DNA from: Octopus vulgaris
Lineage: Eukaryota
DNA length: 64,000 bases
Assembly (NCBI GenBank): GCA_951406725.2
Contig: OX597824.1
Span: 50,902,001-50,966,000, forward strand
Reading direction: 5' to 3'
The translations under genes were made by a program, and so were the position numbers. The notes under the pieces were generated by a model that was given only the letters and a program-made list of their open reading frames with translations, was not told the origin of the DNA and made no database searches. Of this stretch, positions 13,990 to 31,927 are shown piece after piece (positions within the stretch are counted from its first letter, which is position 1; every line of letters begins with the position of its first letter).

Positions 13990-15875
13990 AATTAACAAAG
14001 TAGCACCAACAATCATAAAATTCATAGAGCACTCTATGAATAAATGGCAAACAGTCCTACACCTCCAAACAAAAGAGGGACTCATGAAAACCAAAGACAT
14101 CCCCATTAGAAGAGGAATATTCTAGGGAGAAACGCTCTCTCCACTCCTTTTCTGCTTGACACTGTCACCTCTATCTGATATACTAAATAGAACTGGATGC
14201 GGATATAAATGTTACGGCAAAACGATCAGCCACCTTTTATATATGGATGACCTAAAACTATACGCTGCAAATGACAAACAGCTGGAAACACTATTAAAGA
14301 CAGTTCATGGATTTACCAAAGAAATAGATATGAAATTTGGATTAGAAAAATGCGCCAAAGTAACCATGAAAAGAGGAAAACTAGTTAAGAGTAGCAACAT
14401 CACACTAGATAAAACCAATGAAATAAAAGAATTAGACCAAAGCCAAACTTACAAATACTTAGGAATCCATGAACTAGATAAGACACAACACACACAAATG
14501 AAAGAGAAAATAAAAAAGAATATTATAGACGAGTTAGATCAATACTAAAAACAGAGCTCAATGCTAAAAACAAGATAATAGGTATTAACACTTTAGCTGT
14601 CCCAGTTATAAGTTACAGCTACAATATCCTTAACTGGACACGAAATGAACTGACCAAAATAGATAGGAAAACAAGAAAAATAATGACAGGATCTAGGATG
14701 CATCACCCAAAATCTGACATAGAAAGACGATATATACAACGTATAGAAGGTGGTAGAGGCTTTATACAGCTAGAAAACTACTATAAAATAACCACCATAG
14801 GACTGCAAAAATATCTACTTCAGAAGGAAGGAAAACTGATACAAATAGCGGCAAAACACGAGCAAAACAAAAAACTGTTCTCAGTATTTAAGGAAGCTGA
14901 CAAATACAAACAAGAAATCATACCACCTAATAAATATTAAGAAGAAGAAGATGAAGATGAAGAAACAACAAAAGCTATAAAACAAATGAAATCCAAACTA
15001 AAAATAGAACGATGGCAAGAAAAGCCCCTTCACGGTAAATACTGGACTAAACTAAACGCAAAAGAAATAGACAAAGAAAAATCCCAGCAATGGTTGAGAA
15101 GCTCAGGACTCAAAGCAGAGACAGAGGGATTTTTAATTGCAGCACAAGACCAAAGCCTCCCCACCAGAAATTACCAAAAACATGTAATGAAAAGAAATAT
15201 TACAAGTAACTGCAGAATATGTGGAGATGGAGAAGAAACAATAAATCATATTATCTCTAGCTGCCCAGTCCTGGCTAAGAAGGAATATATTCACAGACAT
15301 GACAGAGTTGGAACCTACATACATTGGAAGCTATGCCAACATTATGGAATAACAACAGAAAAAAGATGGTATAGGCACACACCAGAAAAGGTCACAGAAA
15401 ACGAGAAAGCAACCATACTCTGGGATATGCCGATACACACAGATAGAGAAATTAAGGCCAACAGACCAGATATAGTTGTCAGAGATCATGAAGAAAAAAA
15501 TGCTTTCTAATTGATGTATCAATACCGGCAGATGACAACGTGTCTCTAAAAGAAATGGAGAAACTCTCAAAATACAAAGACCTGGAAATAGAGGTAACTA
15601 GAATGTGGAATCTAAAAACAGAAACAATTCCTATCATAGTAGGTGCATTAGGCATGATAAAAAATATTCAGACAAATACATAACAAAAGCACCAGGACTT
15701 ACAAACACATATAACATACAGAAAATTGCACTACTAGGCACTGCACACATCCTACGCAGAACACTTTCCATACAATAACCATCAGAGCATCACAACAAAT
15801 CACAGCACATACCCAAGGCACACAGAGCTGCGCTCGGTAGTGAAGTGAAAGCACGCTATAAAAATAAAACTACTG
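13990..15875 (+). mobile_element. 5'-truncated R4/Dong-like non-LTR retrotransposon (RT, CCHC, RLE), pseudogenised, copy 1
   Basis: RT motif YMDDLKLY, GGRG thumb region, CRICGDGEETINHIISSC knuckle, RHD, RPDIVV endonuclease, 3' UTR ending in (TAA)n; has stops and frameshifts. Confidence 0.95.
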
Positions 15876-15898
15876 AATAATTATAATAATAATAATAA

Positions 15899-16444
15899 AT
15901 GCCCTGATGTAGTACCAGGCAGTGGCTCTCATGGCTTCTGATCTTAACTGATTGGAAGTACATTGTTTTGTCTTGGTATAAAAGAAGGGCTACAACAAAT
16001 ATTCTGCTCAATACTACAGATTTGCTTGTCAGTTGTTTGACCTTAACCAGTTGAGCATGTCCCTTAGTGGCTGACGATATGTGCATCTCTGATCACGAGC
16101 AGAAGTAGTGGAGGAGCATCATAGCTATGTGTTGAGAGGGATTCTTTGGGGTTTGAATAATTCACCTCTGGAAACATGGGTGGTTCTTTCAATATCCTTA
16201 AACAACCCTTATTCAGGGACCTTTTGAGCGGGATGGGCTACTCAACATGAAGAAAATTTTAACTGGGCCCCACCTGCAAGGTCATGCGCTGTTTATCTTG
16301 ATATGAGATCACCATGTCGCGCACATATGGTTGTGATGCATGTGCCTGGTGTACCCTTATCAGACGGGTAGTCATGATGGGTATATTGGGTTTCGTATAT
16401 TTTACCCCAGTGTCACTTTGATGGCATGAACTGCTCTCTCACTC
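15899..16444 (+). mobile_element. ~550 bp TAA-flanked non-coding repeat (element X), copy A
   Basis: Closely similar to 22608-23162 and 25321-25800; partial minus copy at 45591-45733; ends ctctctcactc-(AAT)n. Confidence 0.85.
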
Positions 16445-17163
<719 letters not shown>

Positions 17164-18329
17164 GCATGTATTTACCCCGTTTGGGTATATACATATACAT
17201 TCACATACATACACTCATACAAAAATACATGCACATATACATACATATACCTACATTTATGCATATATGCACATACGTAAGTGTATTAGTCCAAGTATAT
17301 ATACACATATATCTATATTTAAAGAAAAATGTCTCCATCCGACAGGATTCTGCACTGTTTCCTTACCCCCAATTTCATTCAATAGGATTGTATTGACTCG
17401 AAGCTATGGTTAAAATATACTGAGCCAAAATGCCCCATGGCAGCAACTGAGTTTTGAGAAGCGAACTTCTGAACCATTCTATCACGCTACGTCAATCTAC
17501 ATCATATACACACACACTAACTCACATCGTCACAAATCTGATGATATGCATTGACTCAAACACTAAATGTTTTGTCACTTTGTTGGTACCAGCATCACTA
17601 TCAGATGCTTTCGAGCACATTGGGCAATACGCTGAGGCCATTAGTTTTTGTTGACTGCAATTTTCTCTGCAACCAGCCAAGTGATATTGGCCTCTCTCAT
17701 GTCGGTTATGAATATTCTGCGTTTGAAAATTGTCTTAGAATGGTGTTGTTCTGGTAGGTGGAGTATATGACCTGTTAGTTTAGTCTTTGTTTTGAGAATA
17801 TTTTAGGAAGTAGTTTTGTATTGGCTTTCGTTAGAAATGTCTTTATTGATTACGTGATCTTGCCAGTACGTTCTTAAAATCCTTCTCGAGTATCGTTGAT
17901 GAACAAATCTAACTTTCTATTTATTTTTACCGTGCTCTTCCATGTCTCATTGTCATAAATAACTGTTGGTAGAACCATGCTATTACAGAACCAGATTTTT
18001 GTTGGTAACCGGTTTGAATTCTGCGAAGACGATCTTTGATAATCCTAAAGAAAGATTTATATGGGAGCCAGCAAAAAATCCTGTAGGCGAACGATCAAGA
18101 TGAAAGAAAAAACACCCAAATCTGAATCTAACTTTACCATTCTTTTCTGTTTTTCCCCCTCCCACCCTACATCTTCCTCATTCCCAATCATTTACACCAT
18201 TCGTCTCGAATTACTCTCTTATTTTTATCTTGCCTTGCATCTCCATCTCTAAGTCCTCATTCATGTTAGCTATTTCCTGCAGTTTCCATACTACCTATAC
18301 TAACACTACTAACAGTAGAATTTTTTTCA

Positions 18330-18862
18330 CCCCTTACAGTCACCAACATTTATAACTCATATAAGCATCACATCACCATGTCTTGTTCCTCAACAACAGC
18401 AACATCCCTACTGCCATCATCACCAGTTACCAAAACATCGCCATCGACCATTAACACTAACACCATCCCCAACAGCATCACCAACAGCATACTTACGACA
18501 AACATCATCTCCACTGACACCAAAATCCTACCCCACCACATACGATAAGCATCACTCCTACACAGCTAATACCAGTATTATCCACCACCATCACTACCAC
18601 CACCGTGCTGTCACCACCGCCACCACCACCACCACTACCACCACCACCACCACTACCACCACCACCGCCGCCGCCGCCACCACCACCATTAACTTCATTA
18701 TCTCCATTCCACTACCAACGTTACTATCATCAATACCACTTAGCTGCACAACCACTGCTGATATGACCCCAGTATAAACACCACAACCACCTCCGTTACT
18801 ATCACCACCAGCACTACCTGCACCACCACCACCACCACCGTCACTACCACCATTACAACCAT
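18330..18862. repeat. Degenerate (ACC)n/(ACT)n low-complexity tract
   Basis: Direct reading. Confidence 0.8.
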
Positions 18863-19315
18863 CTTCTGATTGCAGTTACTTAAACAATCGAAGACAAAAA
18901 GGAAGTTAGATGTCTTGGTGTCACGTCACTTAATCTTGTCCGCCATAAATATTAGTTTGGTTCCTGTGACCGAGGAATGATACCCAGTTTCCCGGAGACA
19001 CTGGAATCGGTGCAAGTTGGTCCACTTTGCTTCTAATGAAACACGGAACCTTCCCTTTCACTATTTCTGTTGATGTTATTGTTGCGGTTGTTGTTTTTGT
19101 TGCTGCTGACGCTGGTGTTCTAAATATCTTTTTAAACTTGTATGTGCACACATAAATATACCAATATGTAATACACACACTCTCACACACACACAGACAC
19201 ACACACACACACACACACACAAACATACACACACATACACGGAGAAATAGGCACGCACACACACACATACACACGCACAGAGAAAAACACACACACACAC
19301 ATACACATTTATATA

Positions 19316-19406
<91 letters not shown>

Positions 19407-19522
19407 TAGACAGAAAGACAGGTAGATAAATAAGCAGACAGACAGAGATACTTGAAGAATAAATATATAAATATACATATAAACACTCTTTCTCTCTCCC
19501 TCTCTAAGATATATATATATAT

Positions 19523-19730
19523 CAGTCGCCATGATAGATCGGTTGCCACTACACATATTTTTTTCTCTCCTTGTTTCTCTCCTTGTTTTTTCTGTGTCCC
19601 TTTCTGTAGAAGAGCGTAGGCTCGAAACGTAAAAGACTTTTTCTATTCCTGAGCGTTATACTAATACATCTGTTTGTTTTGTACACCACCTGTCTTCGTC
19701 TTTTGTTTTTTTTTTCGTAAAATCTCCCTA
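19523..19730 (+). mobile_element. ~200 bp HHR-bearing repeat in a (TA)n array
   Basis: Second copy of 10666-10858 in the opposite orientation. Confidence 0.7.
19600..19635 (+). ncRNA. Minimal hammerhead-like motif (core CUGUAGA, A6U variant)
   Basis: CTTT CTGTAGA A GAGC-GTAG-GCTC GAAA CG TA AAAG. Confidence 0.5.
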
Positions 19731-19884
19731 TATATGTATATATATATATATACACACACACATATACATACATACATACATACATACATACATACATACA
19801 TACATGCATGCATGCATACATACATACATACATACATACATACATACATACATACATACATACATACATACATACATACATACA

Positions 19885-19918
<34 letters not shown>

Positions 19919-22386
19919 ATTTTTTTTATTTTTTATTTTACTTATTTCAGTCATTAGACTGCGGCCATGATAGCACGACGCCATGAAGTATTTTTGTCGA
20001 ATGAATCGACCCCGATGCTTATTTTTTCAAGCCTGGTTCTTAATCTGCCAGCCTTTTTTGCCAAATAGTTATGTTACAGGGACGTAAACACACTAATACC
20101 GGTTGTCAAGTGCTGTGGAGAGGACAAACACACACACACGCACACACGCACACATACGAGGTCCGGTACTTGATTGGTACTCATATGGAGACAGTATTTC
20201 GTACTTATTTTATCGACATCGGAAGGACGAGAAGAAAAGGGTCCGTCACGGTGACATTGGAACATTGGCAAATGAGAAAATGTAGTGAAAACAAGTTTTT
20301 GCTACTATGGTTTAAATCTTAACGCTTTTAACGGAATCGTATATTCTAGTTGAAAAAATATTCGTCACTAAGTATTAATTATATAGCTAAATACCTATAT
20401 CTATCTCTATTTCAATTTAATTATATGCCAGTGTGTGGCATTGTATATGAAAATGCGACGGAAAATGCAGAGAAATTGCCAGTGGGTGGGGGAATATTCA
20501 ACACTTTGTACAAAATTCTTCTTTGGGGTAAAAATAACGGGTGGGAAATAAAAGAAAAGCAACAGGGTTTTACATCTTCTAACGACTGAGAAACCAGTTA
20601 CATGATTGTCTCAATTATACTCTGGGGTATATAACTATCCTATTTTATTTTATTCAGTCTTAAATTTTCTGTCGTACATTTTACACGTTATTCTAAGCTT
20701 TCATCCTTAGTCATTTATCGGTGAGCAGTCTAAATTGTTTTGTTATACATCGATTCAGATCCATTTATGATATTGTATCGGAGTTCCTGGGACTCTTCGT
20801 CATAATTCAGTGGGAGTTACTGCTCGCAATACACGTTAGTCATAGTTAACCCAAAATAAATCTTTATAGCGTCTGACGGATCAACATTAGTTTTAAACGC
20901 AAAATCAGTTGAGAAAAATTTTAAACCGTATTTGCTGAGAAAGGCCAACGATTCTTAAACTAAAAAAACAATATCGTTAAAAATAAAACTCTACTCTACT
21001 AGCTTTCTCGGTTTCTAGATTTGTGTAGCAGCGTGATCAATATGCATGTAATCCATTGGCCATTTGTAAGTAAATAAGAAGCATGATTCAAGGAAGATTC
21101 TTGTAGATGCTATACGTAAGAAATCGAACCTAACTGTAAGGTTAGAATTTCCGGTTACATATGGACCCCAACTGCTCTGCTGAATATAAAAGAATTTATA
21201 AAACAATTTAGACAGGAAAAGTCAATAAAGCCCAGTGACTCTCTATATATTGATGTCTTTATTAATTGCATGTCTTTCTAAATGTCACTCTTAAATATAC
21301 CAATCTTGGCAAGTCTTTAGTTCTAACCTTTAATTGGCTCTTCAGGCTGCTTATCTTTACTATACATTTTATTTTATATATTTAATGTTCTTAGCAAAAC
21401 TTCAATAGCGAAATACTCAAAGACGAAGCATTGTGGGATATTACTTCCTGTTGTTTGAATCAAAAGATTTTATCGACTTTGTTAACGGTGAGGTGACCGA
21501 TCGCACTATTGCTGATGTTGTTCTTGCGGTTATTTCTATTTTTGTTCTTGTTGTTGTTGTTGTTACTGCTGCTATTGTTGTTGGTGGTGGTGGCGGTGAT
21601 GGTGGTGCGTTGTTATTGTTAAAATTATTGATGTTTTTGTTATCGTTATTGTTATTGCTTTTGCGTTAGTACTCTTTGTTGTTATTGCGGTAACGACAAG
21701 CAGTTTGATTCTCAATGTTACCATTATTGTGAATCATAATATTTCCGTAGTTACTTAAAGCAAAAGAGTGGCAGTGTGAATAGAAGAAACAGTAAAGGGC
21801 TCTCTATAGTATATGCAATAAAATATTCCACGAATTTCTAGAATCTGCCCCATAGGGGTAGATTTCAGTCTTTACTGTTTTTTTAGAGGTGGTTCGATAA
21901 ATCACGGACCTAGTAATCTACCGATTGCATTTCTTCCCTAGAACCCTGAGACTCTCATTATTAATATAATAAGGTGGTCATCGAAACGCTACAAACGTTA
22001 CATAGTTGAGTTACAGTATAACAGTTCAGTGTTGATAAATGAAGTAACTGTTACATTTTGGTGAGGTCTCTGATATGCAAAGTTTGTCTATGAGTCTCTC
22101 TACCAGTTTGTAATGGCTAACTCCTCTTCAACAAAATTGTAAAAAGAAGCGGAGACACGAATGCACACTGTGTGACATGAAAAACCATACACACTTACAC
22201 AAAGCACACATACACTTACACAACGCACAAACATACACACACGTTGATGGTGACAGAAATTACAGAAAGACAAGATGGGATAGACAGGACAAGGTGGAAT
22301 AGAAGTGGAGACACGGAGAACAGATAGTAACTGAAGAGTTCACAGAATGTGTGACGAAATAACTCAGGCAAATGAGCATTCACTAT

Positions 22387-22605
<219 letters not shown>

Positions 22606-22607
22606 GT

Positions 22608-23162
22608 TGCCCTGATGCAGTACCAGACAGTGGCTCTCATGGCTTCTGATCTTAACTGATTGGAAGTGTTATCATGTACATTGTTTTGTCTTGGTATAAA
22701 AGATGGGCTACTGCAAATATTCTGCTCAATACCACAGATTTGCTTGTCAGTTGTTAGACCTTAACCAGTTGACCATGTCCCTTAGTGGCTGACGATATGT
22801 GCATCTCTGATCACGAGCAGAAGTAATGGGGGAGCACAATAACCGTGTGTTGAAAGGAATTCTTGGAGGTTTGGATAAGTCACCTTTGGAAACATGAGTG
22901 GTTCGTTCAACATCCTTAAACAATCCTTATTCAGAGACCTTTTGAGCGGGATGAGCTACTCGACTAGAAAAACATTCTAACTAGGCCCCCACCTGCAAGG
23001 TCATGCGCTGTTTATCTTCATATGAGACACCATGTTGCGCACATTTGGTTGTGATACATGTACTTGGTATACCCTTATCAGACGGGTAGTCATGATGGGT
23101 ATACTGGGCTTCGTATATTTCACCCCAGTGTCACTTTGATGTCATGCACTGCTCTCTCACTC
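22608..23162 (+). mobile_element. Element X, copy B
   Basis: Same 5' start (tgccctgatgcagtaccag) and 3' end as copy A; (TAA)n on both sides. Confidence 0.85.
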
Positions 23163-25883
<2,721 letters not shown>

Positions 25884-26436
25884 TAATAAAGTAAAGATGA
25901 AATAAATAGTGTGTGTGTTAATTGGCCGACTGACCGTCCCGAAATATGGCAATTGTCTAAGATATTTTTCGATCTGAAGCTATGGTAGGAACACCCGCTC
26001 AAGAAACTGCGCAGTGAGATAGAATCATATAGTTAAGACGCAAACTTCAAAACTATACCTGGACTGTATACTGCAATGGCATCTTCGCTGTGTGGTTAAC
26101 TTCAGCCCAGTTAAGTAGTCTAAGAGGGCAGTAATTCCGAGTAAGAACTGAGATAAAATACAACCTCTCTAGAACTAGAAATCTCAAAGGATCCGCATCA
26201 CAAACTACCTGCTTATCAATAACTAGCATGAAGTAGACCTTGTAGTGCTGGCCAGAAAATAAAATGTATATATTACAACTGCAAAGTTGATGATAGGAAG
26301 GGCTATCAGTTGATGAAATAATACAACAAATGAAAAATATATGGACGAGACGTAAACATTGCTAGCTGCATCGCAGACTATCTTCATAAAAGGGCAGTAA
26401 CTCTGAATAAAAACTGGTAGTGTTTAGTAGGGTTTC

Positions 26437-27130
26437 GAGGTGCGTTCAAAAGATATCCGACTTTATTTTCTCTTGCCAAACTAATGCCCAATGGACAAGA
26501 TCCTTTGGGCAGGAGGTGATGCCACCCGACCTGCGTATGCGCGTTTTTTGGGGTTTTTTTTGCTGGTAGGCCACGTTATTTAGTGCTTGTTATGCCAAGA
26601 GTACAGACGTGTAGTGCGCGCTTCTCGGATTTTTGTTTTAACCGAGCTCATCGAGCAGAGATATTGCATAAAATTTTGTCAAAAGCTTGGTGAAACTCAA
26701 GCTCAAGCTTTCAAGAAGATTCAGCAGACGTTTGGCAATGATGCTATGAGCACAACTCAGATAAAGGAGTGGTATAACCGCTTCAAACATAGCTGCACTT
26801 CGTGGAGCCGATTGAGAAGATTCGGAGAATAGCCACGGAAGACGGTCGTGTAACAATCCAGGAAATTGCACATGAAGTGGGAATAAGTACAAAACCAGAG
26901 CATTTTAAGGGAATATATGTGCGTGCTGAAAGTGTCGACGAAATTCGTCCCCAAGGTGCTGGCGGTGCAGCAGAAGGAATTTCGCATGGAAATCGTTCAG
27001 GCCATGCTGGTCTGTGCAAACTATGACCCAAACTCCATGAAGACCATCATCATTTGTGATGAGACATGGGTTTATGATGTCTGGTCGATAAGTTTGGTCA
27101 TCATACGTGAAAACGAAACTCTGACGAGCG
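26437..27130 (+). mobile_element. Mariner transposon remnant (left TIR and N-terminal transposase)
   Basis: cgaggtgcgttcaaaa TIR-like start; EQRYCIKFCQKLG...IKEWYNRFK HTH; KFVPKVL; ICDETWVY containing the first catalytic Asp. Confidence 0.85.
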
Positions 27131-27601
27131 CACACTACACGTCTGTATTCTAGGTGTAACAGCCTGGAACTGACATGGCCTACCAGTCCGAAATGTTTCT
27201 TGTTTGCGCAGGGAAGGTGGCGTCACTTTCCACCCAAAGAATTTTACCAACGTGGGGTTAGATGTGGCGAGGAAAACTAAAGTCGGACCGCTGATGGACA
27301 TTCAAACGGATCATTGTTTAACTGGGAGGTGACTTTATTGTTTTGCGCGTAAAAAAATTACGGACCTGTCATGTAGAAATGATACCAGTTGGAAGACAAG
27401 AGTAAAATATTTATATGATGATGATGATGGTGATAAGTGGAAGATGATATCAAGAGGAGTAATCGACTTACAGATGTGTTTCTTTGTACGTACGTATGTA
27501 TGCATGCATGTATGCATTTGTGTATGTATGTATGTATATAGAGATAAGAACGGTAATATTCCTAAAAATAATATTGCTGGTGTGTATACATACAAACATA
27601 T

Positions 27602-27736
27602 ATATATATGAAAGAAGGTTTGAAAATGCAATTTTAAAGATGTTTGTTCACTTGACCGGTTTCACGTTTTTAGTGAAACCGGTCAAGTGAATAAACATCT
27701 TTAAAATTGCATTTTCAAACCTTCTTTCATATATAT
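27602..27736. repeat. Near-perfect ~64 bp fold-back hairpin containing an HHR 3' half
   Basis: Arms 27602-27665 and 27673-27736 with one mismatch; GAAACCGGTC lies next to the loop. Confidence 0.9.
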
Positions 27737-27770
27737 TTCCACCCATGCGGTACCTCACAACTTCACTTTG

Positions 27771-27829
<59 letters not shown>

Positions 27830-27944
27830 AAATAATATTAAGGTAATAAGAATTTTCTACTGCTCTTTCTAGCACAAGGCTTTCCTATGATGGAAGCCTC
27901 TTAATGTATTTTAATGTACACGATATTTTATATATATATATACT

Positions 27945-28143
27945 CTTATATTCTTTTATTCGTTTCAGTCATTTGACTGGAGCCATACTGGAACACCGCC
28001 TTGAAGGGTTTCTTAGTTGAACAAATCGACCCCAGGGCATATTTTAAGCTTAGGAACTGCTTAGTTACGGGGACGTAAACATGCCAAACCAGTTGTCAAG
28101 CAGTGATGAGAAGACAAACACTGATACAAGGATGCACACACAC

Positions 28144-28175
<32 letters not shown>

Positions 28176-28340
28176 CTATATACGACAGGCTTCTTCGAAT
28201 TTCCGTCTATCAAATCCACTACAAGGCTTTGGTCTGCTCGAGGTTATTGTAGAAGACACTTGCCCAAGGTGCCATGCGGTGAGACTGAACCCGAGACTAT
28301 GTGAATGGGAAGCAAATTTATTACCACATATCCACGCCTG
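27945..28340 (-). mobile_element. SINE family A, near full length
   Basis: Tail, internal (CA)n and head in the same order as 60664-61140. Confidence 0.8.
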
Positions 28341-28359
28341 CGCCTATACACACACACAT

Positions 28360-28467
<108 letters not shown>

Positions 28468-28544
28468 ATAATAAGGGTAGAAATAGATATTAATCAATTA
28501 AAACCAGCATAATTAAAAAACCGAAGATTAAAAATTATATAACA

Positions 28545-28863
28545 TACAAAATTAAGAGGAATGACCACCAAAGTGGACTTCTAATATGCTAAATATAGAC
28601 GTCAAATCGCCATTACCATGAAGAGTGTATTCTCAAGACGAAATTTGCAGATATTTACATTCGTAAATATTAACAAGCGAAACCATGGTACGTAGGTAAT
28701 CGATTTTTATTTCTTATATTTTCATTTGTCTTGCTCATTTTTACATTCTGGCATTTTGCTGGAATTTTTTCTTGAGACACACTCTTCGTGGTAATGGCGA
28801 TTTGACGTCTATATTTAGCATATTAAGAGTCCACTTTGGTGGTCATTCCTCTTAATTTTGTAT
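28545..28863. repeat. Inverted repeat (~95 bp arms, ~130 bp spacer)
   Basis: acaaaattaagaggaatgaccaccaaagtggac...ctcaaga versus tcttgag...gtccactttggtggtcattcctcttaattttgt. Confidence 0.85.
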
Positions 28864-30204
28864 ATATATATATGTATATAAGAGTATGTGAGTTGTTTGC
28901 GCGTATAAATGTGTTTCTTTTTTAACCTTCTTACACACATGCATATTTATATAGCGAGAGAGTGGGGAGAGTAGTAGAGCTTAGCAGAGAAAGCAAGAGC
29001 ACATAAACCAGTTAACAATTTAAATGGATGTGACTTTGTGATGCTTGGGAGAGGTATGAATTCATCTAAATAAGAGTGTGATTGTGTGAGTGCATGTATG
29101 CGTGAATCTGTGTCCGAGTGTGTGAGGGAGTATGCGCGCGCACGCATGTATGTGTGCGTGAGACTGTGTTATGTTGTTGTGTCCTTCATATGAAATAAAC
29201 TGAAGGGGATAGGTAGAAAAAACCAGGAATTTCACGGGAAGATCAAATGAAGGAAGAAATCTCGTGTGTACCGGCATCTCTGCCCATTTAATAGTTTGTT
29301 AGTTTCCTCTCTCTTTCACTTTTATTTATTTTATTTCTCTGACTCTCCGTTTCTCTTTCTCGTGGCTTTCTTGGAAGTAATGTATCTATCAAATACAGAA
29401 TGTTTCTCTACACGCAATCCTTTACAAAATGTATATACAAGATTTTATCAATATTTCACTAAACGTTGAAGGAGAAAAATGTATAAACCAGTTTGTATGT
29501 CAGCCTTTTATCAATACCTTAGAAATTTTCTACCTAAAAGTAAGTATAACCGCCAACGTAAGTATTTGAAGTGTTTTATATGTTAACTTTAAATTAATTA
29601 TGCATAATGAGAAACATATGCAAAACTCACGTATATTAATATAGTCTCCTGTCGTTCACGCAGAGCCCGATTCGTAATATTATTAAAATAGTCTCACACA
29701 TGTCATCAGCTACTGAAATCTGCAATGTGATCCACGACTACAATAAAGCACTGAAAACTAGCAGGTTCAGAGACAGGATCTCACATACTCTCAGTATCCA
29801 AAAATAATAAGAGTTAAAGAAGTAGTCGACAAATGTTTCTTCTTGCCCGACAGTCATTTACTGTCGCCTCTACTCAATAGATGGCAATCTTAAACAGAGA
29901 TACAATTGCATTCCAGAATAATTTTTAACTCTTCCGTGCCATACAGCACAGTTGTCCTTTCGCGTCCAACGTGTGCTATGTTTTCTTTGAAGGATTTTGT
30001 AGCACTCTAGATGGAAAGATGTTATGATTTAGCTAAAATCCTCATCCGTGATCCTCTCACTGCGCAATGCAATCGATTTTGAAAGAGTGAGAGAGAGAGA
30101 GAGTGAGTGTGTGTGTGCGTGCGTAAAGGGGACGAAGTCCAATTTGATGACAATTCTCTAAATCAAACGCACCTAATTTGAAAACCTTTAAAAACTAAAT
30201 TAAA

Positions 30205-31246
<1,042 letters not shown>

Positions 31247-31329
31247 ACTCAAAAGAGTTGTCTCCCCTTACTCACAACACAGGAACTGAAGAACCAGAAC
31301 CACAATTACTACTACTTCCTGTCCTGCAA

Positions 31330-31700
31330 ACATGCTGAATTAAACAACACAACACATGCTCTTAATCCCTTTGGATCTTAACACCTCAAGGTAATTTTTT
31401 CGTGAACAACCATAAAACTCAAGATACACAACGAACTCACAATGTATCGGAGAACTTATTTTTTAATTTTTGTACATTTTTATCATTATTCTTTTACAAA
31501 AAACAATGCAATTTTCTTTTTTTCCCCTTTCTAATTTTTAAAAAAACTTTTTAAAACATAAATATTCTTGACAAGTCATACAATGACGAAAACCGGTTGA
31601 ATAAATATATATTTATATATTTTATCAATTTCTCATTTTATTAAAATTTTCTTTCATTTGAGCATTCTGCATTTAAAAAAAAATTTTTCCTTACTTATCA
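31330..31700 (+). mobile_element. PLE 3' end remnant with HHR
   Basis: Frameshifted IKQHNT..LNPFG-LNTSR* resembles the WIxxLxTxxPxGLN end of PLE GIY-YIG proteins; an HHR follows. Confidence 0.55.
31563..31603 (+). ncRNA. Type-I hammerhead ribozyme, U3-A8 core variant
   Basis: TATTC TTGACAA GTCAT-ACA-ATGAC GAAA (A)CCGG TT GAATA; one extra A in stem III. Confidence 0.6.
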
Positions 31701-31740
31701 TTTCTCCACGTGCGGTCAACACAACCCCACCATTTATTGA

Positions 31741-31812
<72 letters not shown>

Positions 31813-31869
31813 AATGTATATATATACATTTGTATATATATGCATACATGTGTGTATATATATATGTAT

Positions 31870-31927
<58 letters not shown>

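Noticed and set aside
16070-16110. CTGACGA in element X as a hammerhead core
   Set aside because: No stem II closed by GAAA and no cleavage triplet with stem I.
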